The notes beneath the pieces were generated by a model. The model was not told the DNA's origin. It made no database searches and was given only the letters and a program-made list of their open reading frames with translations. 64,000 nt of DNA from NCBI GenBank assembly GCA_018821245.1, contig JAHJMO010000026.1:15518-79517 (forward strand). Direction: 5' to 3'. Source of the DNA: Patescibacteria group bacterium. Lineage in GTDB: Bacteria > Patescibacteriota > Microgenomatia > UBA10105 > UBA927. Below, in pieces: positions 20,664 through 30,159 of the stretch (the first letter of the stretch is position 1; every line of letters begins with the position of its first letter). A program made the translations under genes and the position numbers.

Positions 20664-20723
20664 AGCTCTATTGTACCACAAATGACCATCTGTAGCCCTG
20701 ATTTTTTAGGGGGTTTTGTATTG

Positions 20724-22241
20724 CTATTCCCACTCCATGGTGGCAGGAGGTTTGGTGGTAATGTCGTAGACAACGCGGGATACTCCAGGGACTTCGTTGA
20801 CAATGCGCGAAGAAATTTTTTGAAGAAGACTATCAGGGAGCTTGGCCCAATCGGCAGTCATCCGATCCCGAGAGACTACTGCCCGTACCGCTATCACTTC
20901 TCCGAGTCCCCGGCCATCGCCTTTAACTGCGGTTGACTGTATACCGGTAGCCACGGCGAAAGAGTGAAGAAGCTTCTCATACCAGCCCGTCATGTTTACT
21001 TCTTCAACGATGATGGCATCAGCTAAACAAACACGTACAAGTCGTTCCTTGGTAACCTCTCCGATGATGCGGATGGCATAGCCGGGGCCGGGGTGCGGCT
21101 GTTGAGAGATGAATTGGCGCGGGATTCTGAGTCTTTTGGCTAACGAGCGGACTTGATCAGTGTATAATTCCCTGATCGGTTCAACCAGAATAAGCTTCAT
21201 TCTTTTGGGCAGGCCGCCGATATTGTGGTGGGATTTGATATTGGCGGCATATCTGGTTCCCTTGCTTTCTATAACATCAGAATAGATAGTTCCCTGGACC
21301 AGAAACTCGACATGTGTGTGGTTTTTAAGTTCTTTCTCAAACAGTTCAATGTATAATTTGCCAATCGCTTTTCGTTTTTCCTCCGGATCGGTTTTGCCCT
21401 TGAGGACTTTCAAAAATTCCTTTTCTTTAGAAAGAACAATCGGGTTGATGCCGAGCTTATTTCGGAAGTAGGAAACGACAGTCTGTGTGGTGCCTTTGCG
21501 CATGAGCCCGTTTTCGATATGAACAGGGATTAGTTGTTTTCCGATGGCGCGGGCAACGAGTGTTGCCGATACAGTTGAATCCAGTCCGCCGGAAACGGCT
21601 GCTATGGCTTTTTTGCTGCCGACGGTTTTTTTGATGGTTTTGATCATTGCTTCAATATCAACAGACTGTTGTTTGGCAGAAAGTCCACAGATATCCAGAA
21701 AATTTTTGAAGATTAAAGCGCCATGTTCTGTATGTTCGACTTCCGGATGGAACTGCACACAGTAAATCCTCCGTTTTTCATGAGTCATTGCCGCGGCCGC
21801 AACAGTTTCCGTATTGCCGACAAACGAAAACCCCAATGGGGGAGAGGCAACAACGTCGCCATGGCTCATCCAGACACGGGAACGAGTGGAGAGGGAGGAG
21901 AATAAGCGGGTATTACCATCGATGACGAGGGCTGCCGGCCCGAACTCCTTGGTTTTACCCGGTTTGACTTTTCCTCCCAAAAGATGAGCAGTTAGCTGTT
22001 GCCCGTAGCATATGCCTAATATCGGTATTCCGAGGGTATAGATCGTTTTACTGACTGTTGGGGCATGCCTTTCGTAAACGCTGGCCGGGCCGCCGGAGAA
22101 AATGATTCCGGCAGGTTTTACTGCAGTAATGACTTCTAAAGCGACGTCTGGTTCAATTATTTTGACCTGAATTCCAAAGTCCGCTACTCTCCGGGAAATA
22201 AGATGTGTAGTCTGCGATCCGAAGTCAACAACGATGATCAT
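20724..22241 (-). CDS. guaA: GMP synthase (glutamine-hydrolysing)
   Basis: N-terminal class I GATase (GICYGQQ catalytic Cys), ATP-PPase SGGLDS motif, C-terminal dimerisation domain ending PPATMEWE. Confidence 0.95.
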   Translation of the reverse strand: MIIVVDFGSQTTHLISRRVADFGIQVKIIEPDVALEVITAVKPAGIIFSGGPASVYERHAPTVSKTIYTLGIPILGICYGQQLTAHLLGGKVKPGKTKEFGPAALVIDGNTRLFSSLSTRSRVWMSHGDVVASPPLGFSFVGNTETVAAAAMTHEKRRIYCVQFHPEVEHTEHGALIFKNFLDICGLSAKQQSVDIEAMIKTIKKTVGSKKAIAAVSGGLDSTVSATLVARAIGKQLIPVHIENGLMRKGTTQTVVSYFRNKLGINPIVLSKEKEFLKVLKGKTDPEEKRKAIGKLYIELFEKELKNHTHVEFLVQGTIYSDVIESKGTRYAANIKSHHNIGGLPKRMKLILVEPIRELYTDQVRSLAKRLRIPRQFISQQPHPGPGYAIRIIGEVTKERLVRVCLADAIIVEEVNMTGWYEKLLHSFAVATGIQSTAVKGDGRGLGEVIAVRAVVSRDRMTADWAKLPDSLLQKISSRIVNEVPGVSRVVYDITTKPPATMEWE

Positions 22242-22252
22242 ACTTACGGCGT

Positions 22253-22525
22253 TTATGTGTTTGCTCCCGTGAGGGAGAATAAGTAGACGGTTTTTTGGTC
22301 CCGCGTGTTGGAGCCGAAATGTTTTCCAGCCGTAATTTTTTCTACGACAGTCTGTATTCCCCTGTCATCTTCATCTACTATACTGTGAAGCAAAATATGC
22401 AGTCCGTCGTTTCCGTTTGCCCAAACCGTAATTGTTTCGCCGGGTGACAGTGCTTTTGTAACAGGAAGACTATCCGGAAAAATATTAATTTGTTCGGTAA
22501 CCCTCTCCAGCATTTGTACGCTCAT
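22253..22525 (-). CDS. Hypothetical small protein (possibly cupin-like)
   Basis: 90 aa, beta-rich composition; no firm motif. Confidence 0.3.
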   Translation of the reverse strand: MSVQMLERVTEQINIFPDSLPVTKALSPGETITVWANGNDGLHILLHSIVDEDDRGIQTVVEKITAGKHFGSNTRDQKTVYLFSLTGANT

Positions 22526-23127
22526 TTTATTGTTTTCGGGAACACCATTTTGTTGAAATAGTATTTTTTTACAAAAGCAATTTGTTCATCTGTATATCCA
22601 AGCGAACACAATATTTTTTGAGCATCGTTTTCTGATGCGCCGTCTTTCGCCAGTTGTTGAGAGATGAGAGTAAGCATCTCTGTAGGTTCGTAAGGGAAAA
22701 GTATCCACTTGGTTGTTTCTTGTACGAAGAAATCAGGCCGCAATTCAGAACGTGGTTTATAAAACATCGTAGCGGTGATGATGCGCCTGGGACAGAGAGA
22801 GGCAAGATATGTAACTGCTCTTTTGAGTGTTCTTCCGCTATCTGCCACATCGTCAGCAAGCAGTATATTCTTGTCTTTAATTGAGGTTTGTAGTTTGGCC
22901 GTAATTTTGATTTTTCCTTGAGATTGGATATCGGTGTAGCTTTGGATGGTAATAGTAGATATTGGAATTCGGAGAAAATCGCTCAAAAGATGGCCAAGCG
23001 TCAGGCCTCCGCGTGCAATTGCCACAATTTCGTCAACGATAATTTGATTGGAAAGTATATCGCCGGCCAGTTTTTGCGCGAGGGCGTGGTATTCTTGCCA
23101 ACCAACCGGAAGATATTGAGGGCGCAT
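22522..23127 (-). CDS. Type I phosphoribosyltransferase (purine/xanthine PRT-like)
   Basis: PRPP-binding motif ILLADDVADSGRTL; 201 aa; adjacent to guaA. Confidence 0.75.
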   Translation of the reverse strand: MRPQYLPVGWQEYHALAQKLAGDILSNQIIVDEIVAIARGGLTLGHLLSDFLRIPISTITIQSYTDIQSQGKIKITAKLQTSIKDKNILLADDVADSGRTLKRAVTYLASLCPRRIITATMFYKPRSELRPDFFVQETTKWILFPYEPTEMLTLISQQLAKDGASENDAQKILCSLGYTDEQIAFVKKYYFNKMVFPKTIK

Positions 23128-23228
23128 AATCTATTATCCAACGCACCTTGACGAAAGTCAACACTTCGACAAACACAGTATTGATCCCCTAGCTTGTCGA
23201 AGGGGCAATGAGGTTTTATAATAGGGAC

Positions 23229-23840
23229 ATGGAGCAGGCATCCAAAAAACCTCTCAAATACCAAAGCGTTGCTATTTCAGGTCGGCCGGGTGCGGGCCGG
23301 TCGACGCTTCTTGCCAATCTTAAACCATATCTTATGCCGCTTGGGTGGGAATTTTTTTCCGGCGGGGACTGGGCCAGACAGTTTGCGATTGAAAATAATA
23401 AACATAACGCCAATGACACTAAACATCATTTTGCTACAGACTACGGGGAAGAAATCGACCACCAGATAGATTTGGCAATGCGCGACAAATTGGCAGACCC
23501 CAACAACCACTTGGCAATTGAGTCCTGGATAGCCGGATGGAATATGCGAGGCCTAAAGCACGTCCTTAAAGTTCTTCTTATGTGTGACGATGCGCTGCGC
23601 ATCGACCGTGTCGTCAACCGGGATAATCTAACGGTGGAGGAAACCAAACAACACTTGCGGGATAGGGAAGAGGCAAATATTGCCAAATGGAAAAAAATGT
23701 ACGGTGTCGACGATTTTTGGGATCCGAAATACTACGACATCATTATCAACACATACTCGCACGGACCCAAAGAAACGCTTGATGTCGTTCTTCAGGCCCT
23801 CGGATATTATTCTGCCAACGGGCAACCAAAAAATGACTGA
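23229..23840 (+). CDS. P-loop NMP kinase (cytidylate kinase-like)
   Basis: Walker A ISGRPGAGRST; about 200 aa; ATG at 23229 lies 6 nt after a TATAAT box, so it is possibly leaderless. Confidence 0.5.
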   Translation: MEQASKKPLKYQSVAISGRPGAGRSTLLANLKPYLMPLGWEFFSGGDWARQFAIENNKHNANDTKHHFATDYGEEIDHQIDLAMRDKLADPNNHLAIESWIAGWNMRGLKHVLKVLLMCDDALRIDRVVNRDNLTVEETKQHLRDREEANIAKWKKMYGVDDFWDPKYYDIIINTYSHGPKETLDVVLQALGYYSANGQPKND

Positions 23841-23987
23841 TTGCATGAAAAACAGTTCTATCGCTAGCCTCTTTTTTTAAAAGTGCACAAATTTCTTGAG
23901 GATTTTCTGAAGGAGTTTCTTGCAGAAGTAGAGGGGAGAAGATAGGGGACAGTATCGGGTAGCATACCCGTTTAGATAGATATCGCT

Positions 23988-24539
23988 ATGCCGTATCAGG
24001 AAACATCATTACCCGTCGGTATCCAAGAAGGAGGTGCTTATCGCCTATGGGAGAAAACGCAACGCCTTCTTGCGGTTATTTTTCCTGGCCAAAACTTTTT
24101 TGTAACAAGTGCCAATCATAATACTCCGACTATTTGTGCATACGATGCGATTCCAGTTACAGCGGATCGCCGTCGGGCATTAGCTCCAATTCTTGATATG
24201 TTAGGATATGGGGCACTCAATCATTTTTTAACGTCGGGCGGAATGGATACGATGGAAGTTACGACATATCATAAAGAGAGTGCCACCAATGCTGTTGAAG
24301 TAGGGTTTTACAAAGTACGAGAGCACACTGATGGAGGTATATATTTTCGACTTGAACTAGGAGGCACAGATGATTCTTCAGCGTCGATTGTATTGCGCAC
24401 TGGGTGTAACGAGTCTCCGTCCTTCACGAGGGGATTTGCTCGAGAACTTGCTGTTAGCCCACCGTCTACATTTCCCATCTGTGAACTCCTTGATGGATTC
24501 ATCCAAGCGAAACAAAGTAGTACATTATTCGCTAGATGA
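23988..24539 (+). CDS. Hypothetical protein
   Basis: 183 aa ORF with good coding potential, no motif recognised; hairpin CGGGTAGCATACCCG immediately upstream. Confidence 0.35.
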   Translation: MPYQETSLPVGIQEGGAYRLWEKTQRLLAVIFPGQNFFVTSANHNTPTICAYDAIPVTADRRRALAPILDMLGYGALNHFLTSGGMDTMEVTTYHKESATNAVEVGFYKVREHTDGGIYFRLELGGTDDSSASIVLRTGCNESPSFTRGFARELAVSPPSTFPICELLDGFIQAKQSSTLFAR

Positions 24540-24560
24540 GAAGGACGAGAGAGCATAGAG

Positions 24561-24600
24561 AGTAATACCTATTGACATAAGTATTACTTTATAGTATAGT
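24561..24600 (+). promoter_or_regulatory. vapBC promoter with overlapping inverted-repeat operator
   Basis: AGTAATAC...GTATTACT inverted repeat brackets a TTGACA -35 (24572-24577); 17-nt spacer; TATAGT -10 (24595-24600); a third half-site TTATTACT follows. Confidence 0.45.
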
Positions 24601-24607
24601 TATTACT

Positions 24608-24871
24608 ATGCAACTACAATTCATGACTACGATTACCACAAAAGGACAGGTGACGATACCGGAGTCGGTACGTCGAGCATTGGACGTGAGCGTTGGAGAC
24701 AAAGTGGCCTTTGTTCGTGTGGAGAGAGCGAGTAAGGAAGCCACCATTCGAATTATTTCCACAAGCGTCGTTGATAAACTCGCCGGTTCGTTAAAGAACG
24801 CAGTACCCTATACACCCCAAGCGAAGGTACGAAAGATTCTTGCCAGAGAACGTGCGAAACGATATACATGA
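24608..24871 (+). CDS. vapB: AbrB/MazE/SpoVT-family antitoxin (VapB-like)
   Basis: TKGQVTIPESVRRAL..GDKV swapped-hairpin DNA-binding motif; 4-nt overlap (ATGA) with the downstream PIN gene. Alternative ATG at 24623. Confidence 0.7.
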   Translation: MQLQFMTTITTKGQVTIPESVRRALDVSVGDKVAFVRVERASKEATIRIISTSVVDKLAGSLKNAVPYTPQAKVRKILARERAKRYT

Positions 24872-25269
24872 AAACTACGCAGGCGGTCCTTTTAGACACA
24901 AACGTCATTCTTCGATTTTTTCGTGAAGATCATCCCGAACATTTCAGGCGTGTAAAAAACCTATTTCAACAAGCGGAGAAAGGAATGATATTCTGTTATA
25001 TAGATCCTGTAGTTTTTGCAGAAGTGGTTTGGACACTGGCGTCATTTTATAAAGTAAACCGTTCTGAAATTACAACGAAGCTAGAAACACTTTTGGCACA
25101 GAAATGGATGGTCAACGAGCATAAGCAAACACTCCTTTCTGCGCTCTATCAGTATCAAGAAACAAATTTGGATTACATTGACTGTTGGCTTCTGGCAGTT
25201 TCGGAGGAATATGCTATCCCTATAGAAACATTTGATAAGAAATTGCAAAAACTCGTTCATGCATTGTGA
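24868..25269 (+). CDS. vapC: PIN-domain ribonuclease toxin (VapC-like)
   Basis: LLDTNVIL (first acidic residue), further conserved D/E positions, 133 aa; coupled to the upstream antitoxin. Confidence 0.8.
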   Translation: MKTTQAVLLDTNVILRFFREDHPEHFRRVKNLFQQAEKGMIFCYIDPVVFAEVVWTLASFYKVNRSEITTKLETLLAQKWMVNEHKQTLLSALYQYQETNLDYIDCWLLAVSEEYAIPIETFDKKLQKLVHAL

Positions 25270-25276
25270 CGTGTAT

Positions 25277-25858
25277 ATGATTCCAACGGAAGATCAGTGC
25301 AGGCAATTGTGGGAAAAGTATCACTTGCCGGAAAAAAAGCGCCGGCACGTAGAGTTAGTGGCGTGCGTTGCGCGCTTTCTCTCTCAACAATTAACAATTA
25401 ACAATTCACAATTAACAATTAATCACTCGCTTCTTGTTGCCGGAGCGCTCCTTCATGATATTGACAGCAAAGTACCTAAATTATCTGGAGAAAAACATCC
25501 GGATGCAGGTGTGAGAGTTCTTAAAATTGAAGGTTTAGCAAAGATAGCGCAGTTAATTAAGACGCATGCTTTGCATACAATTCTTGATCGACATTCTTGT
25601 CCAAAAACCCTGGAAGAAAAAATTTTGTTTTTGGCGGATAAAATGGTCAAATACGATATCATTACGGTAGACGAGCGTTTCAGGTTGTGGGGGAATGAGT
25701 CTTTGTCAGACGCCGAACAGAGAGTTCTTCGCGCGGCTTACCCCAAGGTGAAAGCTCTTGAAAAAGAACTATTATATCTTGCCGGGATTGGAAGTCCGGG
25801 ACAGGTGGCAAAGTTGATCATGGAAGAGTATACTAACAAAAAGAAGGAGGGCGTATGA
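25277..25858 (+). CDS. HD-domain phosphohydrolase
   Basis: H...HD motif (ALLHDIDSK) and downstream conserved D/K; carries an in-frame 7-bp tandem repeat insertion (25386-25423) encoding QQLTINNSQLTINHS. Confidence 0.6.
   Translation: MIPTEDQCRQLWEKYHLPEKKRRHVELVACVARFLSQQLTINNSQLTINHSLLVAGALLHDIDSKVPKLSGEKHPDAGVRVLKIEGLAKIAQLIKTHALHTILDRHSCPKTLEEKILFLADKMVKYDIITVDERFRLWGNESLSDAEQRVLRAAYPKVKALEKELLYLAGIGSPGQVAKLIMEEYTNKKKEGV
25386..25423 (+). repeat. Tandem heptamer array (AATTAAC/AATTCAC) x5, in-frame inside the HD-domain CDS
   Basis: caattaa caattaa caattca caattaa caattaa; translates QQLTINNSQLTINHS. Confidence 0.8.
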
Positions 25859-26427
25859 AACATATATTACGAATGCTTGTTATCGTTATTGTATTCCTTT
25901 TTGTTCTGTTTGTTTCCGGAGTTGCCGGGGGGTCTGTCTCTGCGGTAGACACAACTCCAGTAGCGACCCAGGCGACAAGCGCGCAAGGCGCCAAAGAATA
26001 TTTTCTTCCCTACCCGGGTATCCTCCCTGACCATCCTTTATACAAGATAAAGCTAGTGCGCGATTGGATTTTAGAACGGATCATCGTAGACCCGATACGA
26101 AAAACAGAATTTTACATTCTTCAGGGTGATAAGCGCCTCAACATGGGGATTGCTCTTGTGGAAAAAGGAAACAGCGCGCTCGCTGGTGAAGTCATAAGTC
26201 AATCGGGAAACTTCATGGAACAAGCCATGCATACCCTCACTTCTATAAAGACTGCCGGTCGGGAAGTCCCTCTATATGTTTTGGAACATATGGAGAGTGC
26301 TCTCGTAAAACATAATGACGTATTAGAAACCATGCGGGTAAATCAAAGCGGCTCTGCAGAGAGCGTTATTATAGATGCACAGAAACACATACAGGCACTC
26401 CGGCAGGACATTGCAAAAGTCAGGTAG
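25855..26427 (+). CDS. Secreted/membrane-anchored hypothetical protein (DUF5667-like)
   Basis: N-terminal TM/signal anchor; YFLPYPGILPDHPLYKIK motif resembles DUF5667 proteins; overlaps the HD gene by 4 nt. Confidence 0.4.
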   Translation: MKHILRMLVIVIVFLFVLFVSGVAGGSVSAVDTTPVATQATSAQGAKEYFLPYPGILPDHPLYKIKLVRDWILERIIVDPIRKTEFYILQGDKRLNMGIALVEKGNSALAGEVISQSGNFMEQAMHTLTSIKTAGREVPLYVLEHMESALVKHNDVLETMRVNQSGSAESVIIDAQKHIQALRQDIAKVR

Positions 26428-26750
26428 GGAGCAAAAGACGGGGACAGAAAACACTTAATTTGTGGAAAAACATTGGTTTCCGAACACAAAAATTATTCCC
26501 CGGTTTGGCAATATCGCTCCGTTGTCATTTCCAACATTACATTCTCCGTAGTATTCCCTCAAACTATAACAGGTCGAGGCTAAGAATAGACCATGAAAGG
26601 TTTTGATATAGAAATTGCCAGTTGACGCCGCTTATTTAGTGTCTTAGGATGTTTAGTGGCACCACCTATAGCGTTTTAGTTTTCATGCTTCACCAGGTAC
26701 AGTAGTCGCGTTTTCGGGTGTTATAACGAAGTGAAGCATGATTTTTATTC

Positions 26751-27197
26751 ATGAAATGTCCATATTGCAATCATAACGACACTGACGTTATCGAGACGCG
26801 CGACAGCGAGGATCTGCGAGTTACCAGAAGGAGGAGGTACTGCGCGAAATGCGAAAAAAGGTTTACCACGTATGAACGGATTGAAAGTGTTCCGTTGACG
26901 GTTATCAAAAAGGACGAGCGCAGAGAAACATTTGACAGAGAAAAGCTTAAGCGAGGTATTTTGAGAGCCAGCGGTAAGACAAAAATTACAGCAGTTGACG
27001 TGGACCGCATCGTTGACGAAGTTGAAAGAGAGCTGATTTCCGGAGACTCAACCGAAGTAAAAAGCAAGCAGATTGGGCAATTAGTAGCCAAGAGGCTCAA
27101 GAAATTGGATAAAATTGCCTACATTAGATTTGCCAGCGTGTTTCGTCGTTTTCTGGACATAGAAGATTTTGAAAAGGAAGTGAAAAAATTGCTGTAA
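26751..27197 (+). CDS. nrdR: Transcriptional repressor NrdR
   Basis: MKCPYCNHNDTDVIETR...YCAKCEKRFTTYERIE zinc ribbon followed by an ATP-cone. Confidence 0.95.
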   Translation: MKCPYCNHNDTDVIETRDSEDLRVTRRRRYCAKCEKRFTTYERIESVPLTVIKKDERRETFDREKLKRGILRASGKTKITAVDVDRIVDEVERELISGDSTEVKSKQIGQLVAKRLKKLDKIAYIRFASVFRRFLDIEDFEKEVKKLL

Positions 27198-27225
27198 GCA
27201 ATTTTTTCATGGTGAGAATTTACGT

Positions 27226-29343
27226 ATGGTAAAAAAGACAATTACCAAAATTAAAAAGCGAAGCGGTCGGATTGTTAAGTTTAATCCGCTAAAAATCGTC
27301 AACGCGATTGAAAAGGCATTTAAGGCTATTGGTGAAAAGGATGGGGCAAGAGTCAAGGTATTGGCAGACAAAGCTGTCAAGAAACTTGAAGAGCGGTACG
27401 ATGGGAAGATTATTCCTCAGGTTGAAGAGATCCAAAATATTATTGAAGAGGTCTTAATGCAACACTGCCATTATGATGTGGCTCGGGCCTATATTTTATA
27501 CAGAGATCTTAAGAATCGCGTTCGTGATATTCACTCTTTGATTGACTCGGACGAACTCGTCGGCGATTATCTTTCCAAACTTGATTGGCGCGTCCGGGAA
27601 AATTCCAACATGGCCTATTCTCTTCAGGGGTTAAACAATCATGTCTCCTCGGTGGTTTCTGCCAATTATTGGCTTAACAAGATTTATCCCCCTCAGATTA
27701 GACAAGTCCATGTTGATGGCGATCTTCATATTCATAATTTACAGATGTTGGCAGCCTATTGCTGTGGTTGGGATTTAAAGGATCTTTTAGTCGGGGGTTT
27801 CGGGGGAGTTCCTGGCAAGATTGAGTGTAAACCGCCAAAGCATTTTCGGACTACATTAGGGCAGTTGGTTAATTTTTTTTATACGCTTCAGGGGGAAATT
27901 GCCGGCGCGGTGGCAGTTTCTAATTTTGATAGCCTTCTCGCACCTTTTATCGCCTTTGATGGTCTTTCCTATTCAGAAGTAAAACAATCTCTTCAAGAAT
28001 TTATTTTTAACATGAATGTCCCCACCAGGGTAGGTTTTCAAACGCCCTTTTCTAATGTTACCCTTGATCTTATTATTCCTGACTTTTTGGCCAAAGAACC
28101 GGTGATTATCGGAGGCATTCCACAAGGTAAAACGTATGAAGAGTTTCAAAAAGAAGTTGATGTATTCAACAAAGCCTTTGCCGAAGTGATGCTTGAAGGA
28201 GATGCGAAGGGGCGAGTTTTTACTTTTCCCATTCCCACCTATAGTATAACCCGCGATTTTAATTGGGATAATCCGATTTATAAAGGAATTTGGGAAATGA
28301 CCCGCAAATACGGCATTCCTTATTTTTCCAATTTTGTCAATTCGGATATGAAACCGGAAGATGTCAGGAGTATGTGCTGCCGGTTGAGATTGTCAACCAA
28401 AGAACTTCAACATCGGGGAGGAGGGCTTTTTGGCGCTAATCCGTTGACTGGAAGCCTTGGTGTCGTAACTCTTAATTTACCAAGGATTGGTTATCTCGCT
28501 AAAACGAAAAAAGAATATTTTGAGAAACTTTCTCACTTGATGGACCTGGCCAAAGAAGCCCTGCTTCTCAAAAGGACAGTAGTGGAGAAGTTTACCGAAG
28601 AAGGACTTTATCCGTACTCCAAAGTGTATTTGGGGGGAGTTAAAGGCCGCTTCGGCGAATATTGGAAAAATCACTTCAACACCATTGGTTTAATTGGTAT
28701 GAACGAATCGCTTCTTAACTTTATGAACAAGAATATCGGCGAGGAGGAGGGACGGGTCTTTGCAGAAGAAATTCTGGATTTTATGCGGACTAAACTTTTA
28801 ATATATCAAAAAGAAACTGACCAGATGTTTAATCTGGAAGCCACGCCTGCCGAGGGGACTTCTTATAATTTGGCCAGACTTGACAAGAAACTGTACCCTA
28901 AGATTATCTGTGCTAATGAAAAGGAAATCGGCAAAGATCATGCAGAACCTTTTTATACTAATTCAACACATCTGCCGGTTAATTTTACCGATGATATTTT
29001 TCAAGCTCTTGACCTTCAAGATAACCTCCAGACAAAATATACCGGCGGAACGGTTTTCCATGGATTTTTAGGGGAAAGCTTGCCGGATACGGTCGCCGTT
29101 AAAACCATGGTAAAAAAAATTGCCGAGCATTATCACCTTCCTTATTATACCTTAACCCCCACCTTTAGCGTTTGTCCCGGTCACGGTTATCTTAAAGGGA
29201 AACAGGATACATGTCAGGAGTGCGGCAAAACGTGTGAGGTTTGGTCAAGAATTGTTGGCTACTTACGACCGGTTGTTCAGTGGAATGTTGGGAAACAGGT
29301 GGAATTTGCAGAAAGGAAGACTTACCGGATTAAAACAACCTAA
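27226..29343 (+). CDS. nrdD: Anaerobic ribonucleoside-triphosphate reductase (class III) NrdD
   Basis: N-terminal ATP-cone; C-terminal Zn-ribbon CPGHGYLKG...CQECG and glycyl-radical motif RIVGYLRPV. Confidence 0.9.
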   Translation: MVKKTITKIKKRSGRIVKFNPLKIVNAIEKAFKAIGEKDGARVKVLADKAVKKLEERYDGKIIPQVEEIQNIIEEVLMQHCHYDVARAYILYRDLKNRVRDIHSLIDSDELVGDYLSKLDWRVRENSNMAYSLQGLNNHVSSVVSANYWLNKIYPPQIRQVHVDGDLHIHNLQMLAAYCCGWDLKDLLVGGFGGVPGKIECKPPKHFRTTLGQLVNFFYTLQGEIAGAVAVSNFDSLLAPFIAFDGLSYSEVKQSLQEFIFNMNVPTRVGFQTPFSNVTLDLIIPDFLAKEPVIIGGIPQGKTYEEFQKEVDVFNKAFAEVMLEGDAKGRVFTFPIPTYSITRDFNWDNPIYKGIWEMTRKYGIPYFSNFVNSDMKPEDVRSMCCRLRLSTKELQHRGGGLFGANPLTGSLGVVTLNLPRIGYLAKTKKEYFEKLSHLMDLAKEALLLKRTVVEKFTEEGLYPYSKVYLGGVKGRFGEYWKNHFNTIGLIGMNESLLNFMNKNIGEEEGRVFAEEILDFMRTKLLIYQKETDQMFNLEATPAEGTSYNLARLDKKLYPKIICANEKEIGKDHAEPFYTNSTHLPVNFTDDIFQALDLQDNLQTKYTGGTVFHGFLGESLPDTVAVKTMVKKIAEHYHLPYYTLTPTFSVCPGHGYLKGKQDTCQECGKTCEVWSRIVGYLRPVVQWNVGKQVEFAERKTYRIKTT

Positions 29344-29349
29344 GACCTC

Positions 29350-30063
29350 ATGCTTATCAAAGGCCTACAAAAAACAACCTTGCTCGATTACCCTGGAAAA
29401 GTTTCCTGTATCGTGTTTGTCGGCGGTTGCAACTTCCGCTGCCCCTTTTGTCATAATTCTGATTTAGTTTTGGAGCCACAAAAATTACCCACTATCGCAG
29501 AAGATGATTTTTTTAACTTTATAAAGACAAGAGTCGGGCTTTTAGATGGGGTGGTTATCACCGGTGGCGAGCCCACTCTTTACTCTGATCTTTCCCGGTT
29601 TATGAAAAAAGTAAAAGGCTTGGGTTTTTTGGTTAAATTGGATACCAATGGGAGTAATCCGGAGATGGTGAAAGAATTGATAAAAGATAGATTAGTGGAT
29701 TATATAGCAATGGACCTGAAGGGGCCGCTAAAGAAATATTACAAATATATTGGACAAAGTCAAAATCACGGTCGTAATGCAGAACATATTGAGACGAGTA
29801 TAAAGATTATTTCGGAAAGCAGAGTGGAGTTTGAATTAAGGACCACGGTGGTGCCGACGCTACACACGAAGAAAGACTTACTAGAGATGGCAAAGCAGCT
29901 AAATAATATTGGTAATGTTAAGTGGTATCTTCAGCAATTCAGTCCAAAACAATGTTTGGATCCAGGGTTTGAGAAAATTAAGCCATACCCAAAGAGTTTT
30001 TTTGAGGATTCACTATCCGAGATTAAAAAATATTTGTCGACAACATTTTTAAGGGGTGTTTAG
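29350..30063 (+). CDS. nrdG: Anaerobic RNR activating enzyme NrdG (radical SAM)
   Basis: CNFRCPFCHN radical-SAM cluster motif; directly follows nrdD. Confidence 0.85.
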   Translation: MLIKGLQKTTLLDYPGKVSCIVFVGGCNFRCPFCHNSDLVLEPQKLPTIAEDDFFNFIKTRVGLLDGVVITGGEPTLYSDLSRFMKKVKGLGFLVKLDTNGSNPEMVKELIKDRLVDYIAMDLKGPLKKYYKYIGQSQNHGRNAEHIETSIKIISESRVEFELRTTVVPTLHTKKDLLEMAKQLNNIGNVKWYLQQFSPKQCLDPGFEKIKPYPKSFFEDSLSEIKKYLSTTFLRGV

Positions 30064-30097
30064 TCTGACACAAGGGTCGGCCTCCTCGTATTTGTGA

Positions 30098-30123
30098 CAA
30101 ATAAACAAATATACAAATAAATG
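30098..30123 (+). repeat. Tandem octamer array CAAATAWA x3, intergenic nrdG-pduO
   Basis: caaataaa caaatata caaataaa. Confidence 0.6.
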
Positions 30124-30159
30124 ACTTAATAACAAAACGGTTGAATGATTTGTAGATTT

